Part shown: positions 48,798-63,104 of the stretch, piece by piece
Layout: each line of letters opens with the position of its first letter
How positions within the stretch are numbered: position 1 is the first letter of the stretch
From: Bilabrum cf. latius
Lineage: Eukaryota
NCBI GenBank assembly: GCA_965178125.1
Contig: OZ237736.1
Coordinates: 930,001-994,000 of the forward strand
Reading direction: 5' to 3'
DNA: 64,000 bases
The notes under the pieces: generated by a model
What the model saw: the letters and a program-made list of their open reading frames with translations, nothing else
The model's database searches: none
Told to the model about the DNA's origin: nothing
Made by a program: the position numbers and the translations under genes

Positions 48798-51419
48798 ATG
48801 CTTGTCTGCACGTTAATAGCCATATTTAGTGCTAAACTTTCATGCGCATCGCCAAGGATCAGCTCAATTGCCCGAAGTCTGCAGGACAGCCCAAAATCTC
48901 TTCAGGACTTGCGGCATCTCCTTTCCGACTCGGCCATTCTAGAGCCAGTCTCGGCGTTGGGCTCGCTACTTGGACTACGTTCTATTGTTGAAGCGCAAGC
49001 CAAGATGAGTAGGGCGTGGTTTACGCTCGAGAATGGCGGATACATCGGTGCCATTCTTGATGCTCTCCCGAGCAACTTGGGACAGGTCGGAATAGGTGCG
49101 TCCAGCGTGGATTTATTACAACTGGTGTCCCTATCTGGCAAAGCAGCAGATGTTGCCTCGAGTCTTCAGCACGGAGAGCTCGCAGCCTCGCTGCAAAGCG
49201 TTGGCTTGCTGTCGCGACTTGCAGCTGCCCGACAGCCACAGGATAACCAACCTTCTGATGCCGTGGCGGTTGCTCATGCAGCAGTAGCCCAAAACTTTCT
49301 TCGGGCTCGAATGTTTAGAGCTGCATCCCTACATGCCGAAGCAGCTGCTCTGGTTGGTGATGCGAGCCGATTCAGGCAACTAGTTGCATCACAAACTCAA
49401 CTATCTGGGGACACTCGCAAGGCCCTAGGCGTCGTCCCACCCCAGGTGTTGCCCTTTGTTGGGAACGAGGCATCAGTGGAGGCATTTATAAATTGGTTGA
49501 GGCGGCGCAATCCACCGTCAGATGCCACCTCAGTCGTGATCACCAAGCTGCAGGCAGAGCTGCAGGAGTGCGCGGGAGGAGGCGAGCACCGAGCACTTGC
49601 TCATCTCATGCAGCAAGCCGCCGCACGTCGCGCCGGCACGGCGCTACTAGATCCCAGGCAGGCCCTCGGCATCACACCGGAACAGCTCACCGGGCCGGGT
49701 CGTCCTATGCTGGGGCCGAGCGGTGTAGCTGTCATGCCAGCTCCGACCGTGCGGGAGCGGCGGACAGACATCGTACAGGCGATAACCTTAACCCGGAGGC
49801 TGATCGCATAGCAAGTTCGTTCACTGCGGGGCGACATGGATTGGCTAGAAAGCAGCGCTGCCAAGAGCAAGACGACGAGGGAGTCGGACAGGAAGCACCG
49901 ATCTCGAGCTGAGCAGACAGCATCCATGATCGTGTCCATGCAGTCGAGATACTGCGCCCTGCAGCAAGCCATCGCGACGCTGGGGCCGTACAGAAAGGTT
50001 TGCCAGCCGTTAAATGCTCACGTGACTAGTGCAGTCACAGAGCTGGCCCCACCTGAAGCTGTCGCTGAGCTGAATCGCATCTCGGGCAGGTGGCCAGCCA
50101 CTCCGTTGCAGTTGCCAAGCGCTATGTTGAACCTGCGCGAGAGACATGCCCGCTACAGAAACACGCTCTCCAGTGGGCAAGCCACCCTTGTGCCCCGCAG
50201 GCCGGCAGTTTCTTGGTACTCTGATGCCCTCCTTCGAGCGCTGCAGTGGGACCACGTCGTTGCAGCGAGGGATGAATTGGCACTGCACGCTGACGCGCTG
50301 CGGGCCGAATACCACGGACTAGCCAGCGCAGATGCCCGGAGTGCAGCTGCAGGCAGGTCCCTGTGGGATCGCCCTCTTCTGATCGATGAGACCGAATGCA
50401 TCCACCAGTTCACCGCCCGTGACTCCCCCGGATTAGAGACTGGAAATAGTTCACACGGAGCGGTGGAACTAGGCCGCTGGAGGCGATACAGCACGAATGC
50501 GCCTTGGAGACCTCTGAACGAAACCACAGGCTGCTCTACTGAAACGCCGAAAGCGTGTGGTGCCATCGACAGCGTGCTGAAGGCCGCGTGGAGCGCGCTT
50601 GGAAACAGGGGGCGAGCCGTGTTTCCTGGTGGCTTGCGCGTGCTGCGCGCGGGGTACTCGTCGATCCAGGAGGGTGCCTGGCTCAGACCTCACTTTGGCA
50701 CCACCAACGGGCAGCTCAAGATGCACCTGGGCCTGTTTGTGCCGAGTAAGCTCGCGGATGGCGGCCGGCAAGCTGATGCATCGGTTACTTCTTCACCACT
50801 AACGGAAGGATGCGCAGTATTTAGAGTAGGCCAGTCGCCGCTAGATCGGGGCATGGGGCCCACCAGTGCAACCAAGGCAAACGATCAAGGCGTTTCGTCT
50901 CGACCCCCTTGGGGAGAGCCTTCCTGCGGTGCTGCTGGATAGCCCATCTCCAACGATCGTGGGTCTGGTCTCATGCCCCGCGGGGAGTGCTGGGACCATG
51001 CCGGGGGCCATCGAAGATGGAGAAGGGACCAGGTGCTGATGTTTGACGACTCAGTGGAGCACGAGGTGAGGTTTGACGCTGGGTGCCAAGTGTTGGCTTC
51101 GCACAACCACACGGGTACAGCACTCCGGGACGGCGCTAGTGACTCGGTGCCGAGCACGCTGTTGCCGCATGAGACCGGTAAGGAGCGAGTCGTGTTCCAG
51201 CTCGTGTTCGAGCACCCCCTTCTTGGAGTGGTACTGGATAAAACCCATGGTGACAAGCAACAGGGTAAGCAACGCCCACAACCCGCCAGTCAACTGTTTT
51301 CAACGCTTGGCGAGCTGTGGTCTGAAGACCCCGATGCGGAGGAGCGTGTCGTTCCTACCGAGGGCAGAGGGCTGTCACCTGCATCTAGAGAATTCAAAGC
51401 CGCTGTTGCCCCACACTAA
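48798..51419 (+). CDS. Aspartyl/asparaginyl beta-hydroxylase (AspH)-domain protein
   Basis: LRPHFGTTNGQLKMHLGL lies before, and FDDSVEHEV..RVVFQLVFEHP after, the TAG at 50940. Signal-like N-terminus, 2 TAGs, TAA stop. Confidence 0.82.
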
Positions 51420-51588
51420 GGGATTACGTTGTTGTGTTGATCTCGGATGTTGCGACCAGTCTTGGTCAAGTGGTTGCGACCGCACCACAGCGATGAAACA
51501 TTGCAACGAATTCTATTTCTTTCAGAAAAAGCCTGCATCCGCACAGCGAGATAATATCAGTAGACTACAATTCTAACTGTGTGCCATA

Positions 51589-54500
51589 ATGGCTCGTCCA
51601 ATGGCGAGAAGGATGATGATGGCTACGGCAGGACGCGCGACAGCAGATGGAAAGAATTCAGGCCCCCCTGCTGCTGCAGGAGATTCGCAGAGTGATAAGC
51701 ACGGTTATCGATCTCCATCAACACTAGGTCGAAACAGGGGCAGGAATGGTATGACATCCATTGGCTCGTTCAAGATGGGTGGTGGTAGCTCAACGCATCA
51801 GCCCAGCAGAATTTGTGGCGGGAGTTCGTCCTCAGCCAACATGTCCCATGCTCATCCTGGCTTGCACGCTCGTAGAAAGAGTATAACTGAGCTAGTTGGA
51901 CCGGCAAGTGCCAGTAATGCGCGTGCTGGCCCTTCGTGGAATGGTGGTTCTAATCAGGTTGGAGGGGCAGTCCATCGGTCGGCTCAATCGCTTGGGTTAC
52001 CGGTCGATGTTCTAGAGCAAGCCGCTTTATAGCAATCCAAGTACATGTCTGGTGCGCTTGCTAGAGTAAGTCCCGAGTATCGAGCAAGCAGCAGACCACA
52101 AGAGTCTGCTCGGCACAAAGCAACAAGCTTACTTGATCGATTCAGGGAGGCCGCGTAGCAAGTGCAGCAGCGAGTTCACTCTGCCAAGGATGAACACGGT
52201 ATTGATATTGATAATGCTGCCGATATGGCGGCGCAATGGCACGCCTACCGGGTGCTGCGCCGGTTTCTGCTGAGGATGGTCAGGTTCAAGCGGCGCATCC
52301 AGGAGAAGGAAAGGTCGTTTGCCGGGAAAAAGCTTGCGGAAATATGCTGCTACCTCTTCTTCTTGTTGTTCTTTTCGCTTAGTACGATCGTTGTTGCCCA
52401 GGATCAGGCAGTGCTGCACCAAGGGAACCAGATCCGCCGAGAGCTCAACAAGGAGTACACCCCGTACGTCGGTGCCGAGCCGACCAAGCTTGAGGACATG
52501 GTCACCTCCGTCGAGATGTTTGCTTGGCTGCAAGGCCCATTCCTCAACACATTTTATGGTCCCCCGAACGACCTCTTGTAGTCTGTAGATGACGCTTGGG
52601 GTGCCACGCTAGATCCCAATTTCACTTGCTTGGCAACAGCCGACGGGCAGAGCCAGACAGACGGCGACTTGTCTGGAGTGAGTGAATCCGGAGTCTTCAC
52701 TACGCAGTGTCCCGGGTAGACATTCAATGCTCTCGGAAGCTCGCTAGAATCTCGCCCTGGGCTTGTGTTCGGCACCTCGAAGGTAGTCGGGGGTATTCGA
52801 GTCGCCCAGCTGCGAGTCACAGACCAAGGCGGGGATTGTGTAGATACGTACGGCTTCAGATTGGGAGATCGAGAGAGAGCACCCCCTTGCGTGGGTGACA
52901 ATGGCGGTTGGAGCTCGGATGAGGAGAGCTCCGAAAGCTTTGGCCTGATGAACACGACCGTGTACCGATACCCGGGCCCTGGGCGCCCGTTCGAATTTGG
53001 GGGGGTGCGGCAGAACCAATCCCTCATGAGTGTCTCCGTGCAAGATGAGCGCGCAATCCCTATCAACGGCATGCGAACCACAGCGACGCACAGCTTCTAC
53101 CCCACGCCTGCCTTCCCAGTGATACTGCCGAATAACGGCGCTGAAGAGGCTCAGAGACTGCTGCGATGGATCCAAGAGGCAAGGTACTTTGACGAGCAGA
53201 CCAAGGTGCTGAGTCTGCACGCCACTCTGTACAATGCATAGCTGGACTACTTCACGGTCGTGGCGATTCATTTCGAGCAGCCCAAATCAGGTGGAGTCCT
53301 GCCGTCGCTGGACTGGACGACTATTCGCCTATTCACCTACTTTGACTCTAGGGAGGTGCACTTCAGGATAGCTGAGGGAATCGTTGCTGCGTTCTACGTG
53401 TACTTTTTCCTCCAGGAGATTGCAAAGGTGTGGGTGTACGGCCTGGAGCATCTGCTGTCCTTTTCAGCTGTGTTCCACAACCTCAACATCATTATTTACC
53501 TGGCCGTGTGGATCTTTCGTTTCATGTCGGTGCAGGCTGCACCCGACGAGTCAACCATCGTAATGGATAGCGACAACTACTACGAGTTTCGAAGCGCGGC
53601 TAACTTGAAGTACATTTCGGTGCTGCTGAATTCCATCAATGCCTTCCTGGCATGGTTCAAGTTGATTCGCTACTTGAGCTTGATTCCCATTTTTGCCCTC
53701 ATCACTGGGACATTGGCCAAGTCTGCAGGGCCGGTGTTTTCATTTATTTTCGTGTTTATGATCGTTGTCGGCGGATTCTCTGCGGCTCACTTGCTAGCTT
53801 TTGGCACGAAGCTTGAGAGCTTCAGAAACCTGACCACGAGCTCGTTCAGCTTGCTGCAGTCGCTGTTGGGCGACTTTAATTTCACCGAGATGCGCAGGGC
53901 GCAGTGGTTCTTGGCACCAACACTCTTCGTGTCATTTGTCGCGATTAGTGCTTTCTTCTTGCTCAACCTGCTGATCGCCACCGTGGCTGAGGCTTATGGT
54001 GAGATGAATGAGCAGCTCAAGAACGACCCAAACAGCCTCACCCAGGGGCAGAGGATCTACGAGTACGTGCTAGAACTGCTCGCTACAGTGCCTGGCTTGG
54101 ACTGCTGTCTCGAATCGTGCAGCACGACGTGGCGTCGCATGCAGCGCGATAGGGCCAACAGTGCTTTGAGGCGGATGTACGAAGGGACAGCAGGTCGTGC
54201 CATCGCACTGTCACAGCTGGTGGATGCAATGGATGGCAAAGTGTCGCGGGGTCCCGCCGCAGCAAAACACTCTGGTAGCAAAGGCGCCGTGGTACCAACA
54301 AGCGAAGGCACACCCTTGGGCAAGGAAGAGGGTGCGACGGGGCTGGTAGCTGGAGCCTCTCAAGATGGTGATGACCTGCAGCACCATCAATCACAGAGGA
54401 ACAGGGCGTTACAGGCAGCTGCTATGGGACTAGGCAAATTCGTTGCAATTGGCAGGAGCGCAGCATCTACGATGGACCTCACTGAAAACCGCGTGCACAC

Positions 54501-56325
54501 AACCGGGTCACTGAAGAAGCTTCACTCGAGAGAGCTCAATGAAGATGAGAAGGCTGTCGCTCACGATGAAAGCGGGGAGTTGCTAAACAAGAAAAGCAGC
54601 TACTCTGCCGCCGGATCGCGGCGGTGGGAGGCAGTGCAGAAGCAAGTGGCGGTGCAGCCATCTCTGTGGTCTTCATGTGGTGACGCGATACTCCGGTTCC
54701 TTCAGGCAGACCCGGAGCTTGAGAAACACGAGGATGACCCGGAAGAGGTGGGTGGCCCGTTCTAGAGTGCTGTTGCCAGGACCATCAACACTCGGGTCTT
54801 CTTGAAGCGACGCCTTCTTGGTGGTGGTCAATTCGACCGGGTGCAGGCTGACCGCCTCCGTCTAGCAGAGCTAGATTTCTTGAAGCGAAGCCCGTGGTAT
54901 GAGTTTGCTTCAAAAAAGCTGGACGTGGAGTCACCACCCATGCCAGAGTACTGCGGCATGCTGCAGTATTAGAATCCTGAGGAGGTGCAGGGAGCTGGCA
55001 ACGACGTGCCCCCTGAAGCAGCGCGCTCTGGTGGCACGCCCGAGCCGAAGCAAGAGCCCGATCCAGCTGAAGCTAGGAATCAACCAAACGGTCCTCCGCA
55101 AGCATCAGGCAGTAATCGTTTATCTACAACTGAGCGGCACGCGAATGGCAGCGGCAGTGCCGAGGCCACGCTGCCCAACCGATTGCTTTCCACGGACGCT
55201 GGCGACGAGGGGCTAGTGCTTGCTGTGGCAGATCAACATGATGCCGACGGCCCTGGTCGTTCGCTTGCCGAAAGAAGAGGGAAGTAGACGCCCAGCGTTT
55301 TAATTTCAAGTCAAGAGAGCAAGCACTTGGCATCGAAGCCAGCAGAGGTTGCGCCGTCGACTGAGGGCAGGATGCATCGTGAAATGTACAGACCCGACCC
55401 GGCAGGTGTCGGCTTAGGGTCAGCCTCCACTGGTAATAGAGACATGTCGCATGGCTCCGACAGTGAGATGCGCGTGGAAGAGATGTCAGAGATGGGCGAA
55501 CCCATGAACCGACTAGCTATTGCTGGCGAGGCTCACTATTCCGCTAGAGAGATCCCAGAGGCGCTGCGTTCGAATACAGACGAATAGAGACCGACATTCT
55601 AGGAATCATCGCAGGCTGGAAGCAGCCGATCTGCTGCTTCGGGCGATCGCGTGCTCAGCGTGGTCGTCCTGGAGCGGGATCTAGCCACAGGCACAGCCGT
55701 CCCTATCGGTTGGGCTCCTCTACCACGCCACGGTGGAAGAGTCTAGCTGCCGGGGATAGAAGCAGGTGGCGAGCAAGTAGATGCTGGAAGCGTTGTCATC
55801 GTTCCGATACCTGTGCCCATGGACTGCACGCGAGGCCCATAGACTTCTCGGCGGTCACTCAGCGCTGGAAGGGACCGGCGCACTTCTCGCAGCGGGATTC
55901 GGTCGTTGATGCGTTCTCCTCTCGGTGGCGGACGAGCTCCATTCCGCACCCCATCGAGCAACAGCAGGACCGAGGCCGGCTCGTAGGACAGGCGGTCCAG
56001 CCTGCTGCGGCGTGGCTTAGGCGCTGCATCACCACGGGTGACCGGAAAGCGCAGGCCCTCGCGGATCGGAGGAGGCATCATCACCGCCCAGCTGCCAAGC
56101 GTGCAAGAGCACGCGACCGCTGCAGCAGGTAGCATGGAGTATGGGCGCAGGGATGGCGCAGCTGGTATCGAAGGAGGAGGCATGCAGTAGCATCAACACA
56201 TATCTGTCGGCAGGACCAGGCGACCCTCGGCCACTCCTCACCCACCACGAGCCCCACCACCGCCCCCACCTGGAAGGCCAAGGAGCGGCTCTGGTGAGCA
56301 AGATGGTGAGGATGGGCACGATTGA
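51589..56325 (+). CDS. Polycystin-2 (PKD2/TRPP)-like cation channel (~1,578 aa)
   Basis: TOP domain GGIRVAQLRV..YNA*LDYF..FEQPKSGGV, six TM helices, pore LLGDF, S6 LLNLLIA. About 14 TAGs, mostly in the tails. TGA-TGA stop. Confidence 0.85.
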
Positions 56326-56433
56326 TGATTCGAAGGGTAATTCGACAGATCTATGTGGCTTTGAACTTACTATACAGCTGATTGTTGTTTGTGGGTCGGT
56401 ATACCTAACTGGGTGTCGAAGCCACATCGCAGC

Positions 56434-59400
56434 TCAGTCGCTGTCAAGCTCACTGTCGTCGTCGTCGTAGACACCCCCAACACTCTCGGCCTGAGTCTCA
56501 GTCCCAGACTCCTCCGAGTCATGACCTTCGATGATTCCACCGAGCGCCTTCTTGATCGCAGCCTCGTGCTTCTTGCGCTCCTCCTCCACGTGCTTTTCTC
56601 GAAGCCTCTGCCTCACCTCGCGCTGCAAAGCTCGGACACTGCGGAGCTCCATTGCCTTCTTCTTGCGGTATAGAAGCACGCTACGGGATTCAACGCCATC
56701 CATGGCCCCATTTACTTGCCGCTTTGTCTGTCGCAGCTCATCGCGCTCCTTTTCCATCTTGAATTGGGCCGCTCTGCGGTTCTGCTCTTTGATCCTGCGT
56801 GGTAGCTGGCGTCGGTCGAATTCATACGTCCTCTACCGCTCAGACTTGCGTCGTTTTACCGCCAGCAGCATGGCGTCTCGCTGCTGATTCATGGCTTCTG
56901 ACCCGCACGCGATCAACAGCGCCCTGGTGGCCTGCTCTCTTGCTGTGAGCTCGCTGTAGACGGGTGGCACCCCGCTGCGCTTGATTTCCACGTAGAACTC
57001 TGCCACAAGCGGTGCTAGCCGTGGGTCCCATGCTGCTCGCGCGACTCCCTGCAGGGTTGCCTGGGGATGCTTCTACTGGCAACGCTTCCGGACAGCATCA
57101 ACGAACTGTCGAACGTTGAGCTTGCCGTCCATGTGGTCTCCACCGTTCCTCGCCCACTCCTCGCAGGCGTGGTGGAGGAAAGCCGCCCGGAGCATCGCGA
57201 AATCCAGCACCTCTCCTATGCTGTATCCGTTCTAAAACCCTTGCTGATTGAATCGCTTGTCCTTCGAAAACAGCACGTCGTGGTCCATAATGGTGCCACC
57301 ACTGGCACCCTGGGCCTTGGCACGGCTAGAGTGCAGGTCGGACTGAGGCCACTTCGCCTTGGAGCCCTGAAAAGACTTGTTTTCGGACTGCGTCCCGCCA
57401 CCATCAACACCATCCAACTGCAACCTGGGGACATCGTGTGAGTGATGAGACGCTCCACTTGTGCTCTCGCCGAACCAGCCCTAAGCGAAGCCCGCTGCCT
57501 CCCCATGCCCGCCTGCTTGCTCAATCTGTGGTCCCTCCGGCTCGGGTGCGTACTAGTCTTCTGCTGCAAGTGCTGGCGGTCCCGAAGCAGTCGGACCAGC
57601 ACCGCTGTCTGCCACTCGAGTGTCAAGTCCGACTCCGAATGAGTGTGTCCGCACACCATGCACCGGTGCTGGCAGGTGCCGCTTCATCACTGTGAATGCG
57701 TCTGTCCGCACAGCCTCTGCAGCTCGAATGTGGGCACGCGTCATTGGAGACATGGAAGCCAGCCGCTTTCGATCGATCCGTGGTGCTTCCACGGTCTCGG
57801 CTCGTTTTGAAGATCCAGTATGAATCGGGGGAAGAGCACCCGAATGGGCTGTTGGCGACCCAGTTCTGGCTAGAGCATCTGCCACGAGGGCAGTTCCGGG
57901 TCTGCTCCTGCTCCTCGCACTTTGCGCAGATCGTATTGTGCGCGCCTCCTCCGCTTCATCACTACCTGGTTCCAGCAGTGCATGCACTGCCCACTCATCT
58001 TGAACCGCGTCAGGAGACAGGCGGGTGAACCACGCCACGATGCCAGACTCCCGAGGCTCCAACGGGAGATTGGACGGGTGATCCAGCGGCTCTCCTGGCC
58101 TTGGCTTTCCTACCCCACCGAGTCGGTCATTGATTCGCTTGCCCCACGTGACGAGGTCTGGGTGCTTGCCTGCAGCTGCGAGCTGCCCCATGCGGGTGTC
58201 CTCTCTCTCCATTTGGCTTCGCTCATACTCTGCTCGATCGCGCTCGGCCTCTTCCTGCATTTTGTGTTTCCTTTCTCTGTCCTGGTCAATACGACGCTTG
58301 AGCTGCAGCAGGTAGGGCACTGCTTGTCCCTTTCGGCTGAGTCTCTCACCGAGGGCATCCCCGCCGGTGATGTCCTTGGTCGACCACTTACCTGGTAGAT
58401 CGCTGAGGGGATTCCGGGCGCAGTCAAACGAATCAAGTCGATTCGCCAACAGGGCGAACGTCACCGGAATTGACTGCGAGGCAGTAGCATAGTAGGAAGA
58501 AGGCATTATGCGTAGCGAAAGCAAAATGTGGGATCAGCGTGCTGCAATCAGAGCCTCGTTGCCTTACCTTGATCTGGTTGTTGTAAAGGTTAAGGTTGCG
58601 CAGGGACAGAGATTCCCCGAGCGCGTCCGGGATGTACTTGATGCAGTTACAGGAAAGGTCCAATGTCTTGAGACACGGCAATGCTCCGACTGCCCCGTCG
58701 ACTGCCCCGATGCGGTTGGAGCTCATGAGCAGCTCAACCATGCTGTCGCACGTCGCCAGAATCGAGCCGAGCTCCTTGAAGCTGTTGTGGTTCAGATTCA
58801 AGTGCTCCAGTCTAGCCATCTCTGCGAGTTGGTCAGGCACCTTGTCGATCTAGTTGTAGGACAGGTCCATGAATCTGAGCTCATGCATGGCACCAATAGA
58901 GATCGGAATAGCGGGCTGGTGCTTGTCGGATCCCAGCCGGTTGTGGGACACCCGCAAGTGGACTAGCTTCTGCATGGCTGCCAGGTCCGCTGGAAGGCAA
59001 ACCAAGCGGTTGTGATCAACGTCCAGGGTTTGCAAGTCAAGTAGCTTGCCGAGCCCGCGCGGCAGTAGCTACAGCTGGTTGTGCTTTGCCGTCAGCTTTA
59101 GCAACGCAGCACACCCGCCGATAGACTCGGGGATGCTGTCGAGGTTGTTGCTGTCCAGATTGAGACTTCGAAGGCTGACCATGTGACCAATCATGACTGG
59201 AAGCGACCGGATTCGATTGGAGGACACGTCAAGAGATTGCAGCCTTCTGCAACGGCCGAGGGAACCGGGCAGGGCGACCAAGTCGTTGTTGGCGGCTCGA
59301 AGATCTGCGAGTCCCACGCATCGACCAAGCCTGCTTGGAAGCTTTGAAAGCTTGTTCCAACTTACCCAGAGCTTTACCAGCCCTGTCATTGTCTTGCAAC

Positions 59401-61924
59401 CCAGAGTGCTCGGTAAACTCTGCAGGCGGTTGTTGGTTGCGTCCAGCTCAGCAAGCACGGAACATTTGCCGATCGAGTCTGGCAGCTCTTCGATGCAATT
59501 ATCACTGATTCTGAGCGCTCTCAATGATGTCAAGTCTCCCAGGCTGTTGGGTAGCTGCGAGAGCCGGTTGTTTGACACGTTGAGCAGCACGAGCTACTGC
59601 AGCTGCCCCAAGTCTTTCGGGAGCTGTTCCAGCTGGTTGCCGCTGAGGTTGAGCACCTTGAGTGATCTGCAGTAGAAGAGATCCACAGGAAGGTCACCGC
59701 TGAGCAAATTGCTGCTCGCGTCCAGTTTCACCAGCGAGTCCAGCTTGTCAAAGAGCGTGTCCTGCGGTAGCCTGCGGATGCTGTTCGTGGAGACGTCCAT
59801 GACCTGCACGAACTGCAAAGCGTCAGAGGCTTCCTTCATGGTCCACAGGGCACTCGGCAGGCCGGCAAGGCCACGGTTCGACAGATTGATGCGGTCAAGA
59901 CCTCGGCGAATTGCGTCTTCCTTCGTCTTGCGTTCCTGGTCCTATTGATGCTGAAGACGTGCCATGGCGGCGTCGTGCTTCGCTTGGCGGGCCTCCCGTT
60001 GCAGCCTCTCTCGCAGCTCTTGCTCTTGCTGCCTAGCCGTTTGTATGCGTTTCATGTCTGCCTCCGCCTAGGTTCGATGTTCTCTCACGAGCACTGCCTG
60101 CTTCCTTCTCTCTGCCTTCACCTCTTTGGCCCGCTGCGCGTGCGACTTCCTGGAGCTGACCACGCCCCGGATCCTGAATTTGGTCCTCTCCACCTGTGCG
60201 CGCTCGACCGCTTCGGAGAGCTCCGCATCAAAAATTTCCTCCTAAGTTTGCATTTTGTGTACCAACAGTTTTCTTTTCGATGCCGCTTCCATCGGTATCT
60301 CTCGAGACAGCACACCCATGCGCCGGAGTTCAGCCGAAGCATCTACGACCCTGGCGTACATCCGGCGGAACTAGGGGTACGAAAGGGATAAGCTCCCAAG
60401 TGGATCTTCCACCGCGAAGGCATGTTCTATGGCAGATTGCTTCGCCTGCACCCCAAGTGCTCGTGTTGCCTCCAAAGCGCCGACCAGATCCACTACGCCG
60501 GGGTCCTTCCGCTGGCTGGGAATGCTCGGCACGTGGCCCTTCGCAGCTGGACCGGCCGGCTGCGGAGGTTTTGCAAACATGAAAAAGGCGTCCTTCACCA
60601 TTGCTTTTGTTCTTGGCTGCAGGAGTGAGACGATGTACAGAATGTACTGCAGCTCTTCGAGCTCGATCCTGCCTCCCGCGTCGAGGTCACCCTCCACAAA
60701 CCAGGACCAGGCCTGGGCGTCATTGAAGCGGATCTCGACACCCTCCAAGGCGGTCTTGAACTCTTCAAAGACAAGGCTATCGCGTTTAGGGTGCTTCCCT
60801 AGCGCAGCCATGACGTCCGCGGCGACCTGCTTGAGGTCAGCGAAGGACTTGCCGCGGATCGAGTCCGGCTGCTGATCGCCAAAGGCTGCAGCCATCGAAG
60901 TGGCATCCCCGCCGCTCGCAGGTCCCCCCTCGCTGCCACGTAACTGCTTGCTGGCAGCTGCTATTCTTGCTGCGGAGTGCTTGTCCGACCCGATGTCCGG
61001 CAGCGCCTCGTTGCTGAGAGCTGCAAACCCGAACACGACCGCTGGGGCGGGCGCGCCAGACATGGACACGTAGTTTGGCCTGGCAATCACAAGAGAGTTA
61101 AACTTCGAGATCTGTAAAAATGGCTGAAACGACTTGCCAGCGCCGGATTTCTCGCCTCGTGTCTTCGCTGCGATGCCTGCGCTCCCAGCGGGTGCACGTG
61201 CTGTCTGTGCAGCCTGAGGCGCAGCATTTGGGTCCTCTCGCACGACTGCAAAACCATCACTTGGGAACTTTGCCGTGTCCAGTGGCAACATCAACTCATC
61301 TGGCATCACTGGAGGCAAGCTTCCGAATTCTTGCTGCTCGCAAACCAGCTAGGCGCAATCTCTCAGCTCCCCGTCCACATCGGAGGCCGAGAGGGCCGGG
61401 CTGAGGTACGCAAACACCGTGTCGTTCGCCGGATTGTTGAACACCTTGACGTTCTCCAACCGAATCCATACACTTCCATCTACTTGGGCGATCGATATGC
61501 TGCCCTGGCCATCGGGTGCATTGGGAAATCCTCGAAGCAGCCCTCGCATTACCATGCGTTTGCGGGCAACCGCAAACTCTCCATCCCGCAATCCGGTTGC
61601 CGTGCCATCTTTTCGAAAGGCAGCCTTGCTTTTTTTCCCTTTACCTGCAACTTTCTCAAGCGCATACAGGCCCATGAGTCTACGCTTCAGCGTGACCTTT
61701 CTGCTCTTGCTCGCCTCCCGCGGGTTTTCCTGCGACTCGCCGGAAGCGGCCGACGCCGGTCGTCTCTCGTCCGAATCAGGCGGTGCGCGAATGAACTGGT
61801 CGATATCATCCTGGAGGGCCTCGCCGATGCGAAACGCAATTGATTTTTCCTGCTCGGAATGGCCTGCTGCTCGAAGCAATTCAACGGGATGGATAGACAC
61901 TTTACTAGCCAGCTAGTCTGACAT
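56434..61924 (-). CDS. Large leucine-rich-repeat protein with EF-hand-like and coiled-coil regions
   Basis: Many LxxLxLxxNxL repeats at about 58.4-59.9 kb. Intron 58567-58474, about 14 TAGs (first at codon 4), TGA stop. Confidence 0.82.
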
Positions 61925-62487
61925 TGTACACAGACAGCAATCGATCGAATTATTTCTGTTTATTGTTTCATGCCCTTTTGTGGGGTGGTTTGCCCCGTTT
62001 ATCGTGCCGATAGTAATGAAAGGATCTGATGCGAGCGCGGCTGTGGCGACTGCAGCCCACGGTGGCGAGGAGCTGACTGCAGCTACACGACGGCGCACAA
62101 TGAAATGCAGCAGCTGCCGGCCGAAGAGGAAGCTACAAATACATACGAGGATGCCGGCATACGCAGCACGATTGAATGCCAGTGGCACTGGGCGAAACGG
62201 CATGGCTTCATTGTGCATGCCCGCTTGTCTGCCGGTGCGCTCCACACAGCTAGGGTGTGCCCGCCATAAAAACACATGCAGGAGCATGTTTGCATTTGGC
62301 CGCTGGGCATATGAAATGGTGGGTGTAATAGATCACTCGATGCTGCGTATTGCGCTTCTCATCTCTGGTCTTCAGTAGCAGGCACGCATCACTAGGGCGC
62401 CTCCCCCTTGTGCAGACTAAGCACAAATCCCGCCATCGCTGACACTAAATAACAGAGAGCGCTACCGCCTGCAATCCTGCAGGCTGC

Positions 62488-62891
62488 TCATCTGAGACGG
62501 CGTGCCTCACGCTCCCACTCAAGAAGCACCAACACGTCGCCCTTCTTCACGGGTCCCTTCACGTTACGGATGATCTTACGGGCGGTGTCATCGATGAACT
62601 CCACCTTCACCTGGGTAACGTTACCGGTGCTGCCGGTCCGGCCCAAAACCCTGCGAAGGCGAAGAGAGTAAAAGGCAGCGGATGCAACTACCGATAAATC
62701 GAGTGAAGGCGCCAACCATGCGGTAATGCAAGCCCTCAAAGACAACAAACACAACAAATAGCCTCACTCAGTCACGCGAGCAAGCTTGGTCTCGACGTCC
62801 TGCGATATTTGAGAGGCAAAACAGCGAAAGCGATTCATAGGTACGATATTATGAGGCAATTCTCTGCCATACTAGCTCCCACAGGAACCAT
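62488..62891 (-). CDS. RPS28: 40S ribosomal protein S28 (eS28)
   Basis: [36 protein letters not shown]. Intron 62767-62651 is clear. The ATG-only first exon (62891) and intron 62888-62800 are tentative. Confidence 0.93.
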
Positions 62892-63104
62892 TGACTTTGA
62901 ATTTGGGATATTACATCGACGATGACAATCATGGGCCAAGGATTATTGCCCAGAACTAACCATGACGGCTAACAACCCCTGATATGTTGCTGCTGTGGCT
63001 CCGTGGTAGGATGGATCGGATCATTTCTGTGGGTGCCGCGCGAAACTGGTTCCGCTGCAAGGCAACGGATCGATCCCGACCAAAGATCATTAAAAGTTCC
63101 CCAG

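Noticed and set aside
52066-52145. Possible intron in the PKD2-like gene (GTAAGT..TTCAG)
   Set aside because: The frame is open through it, and removing these 80 nt would shift the frame.
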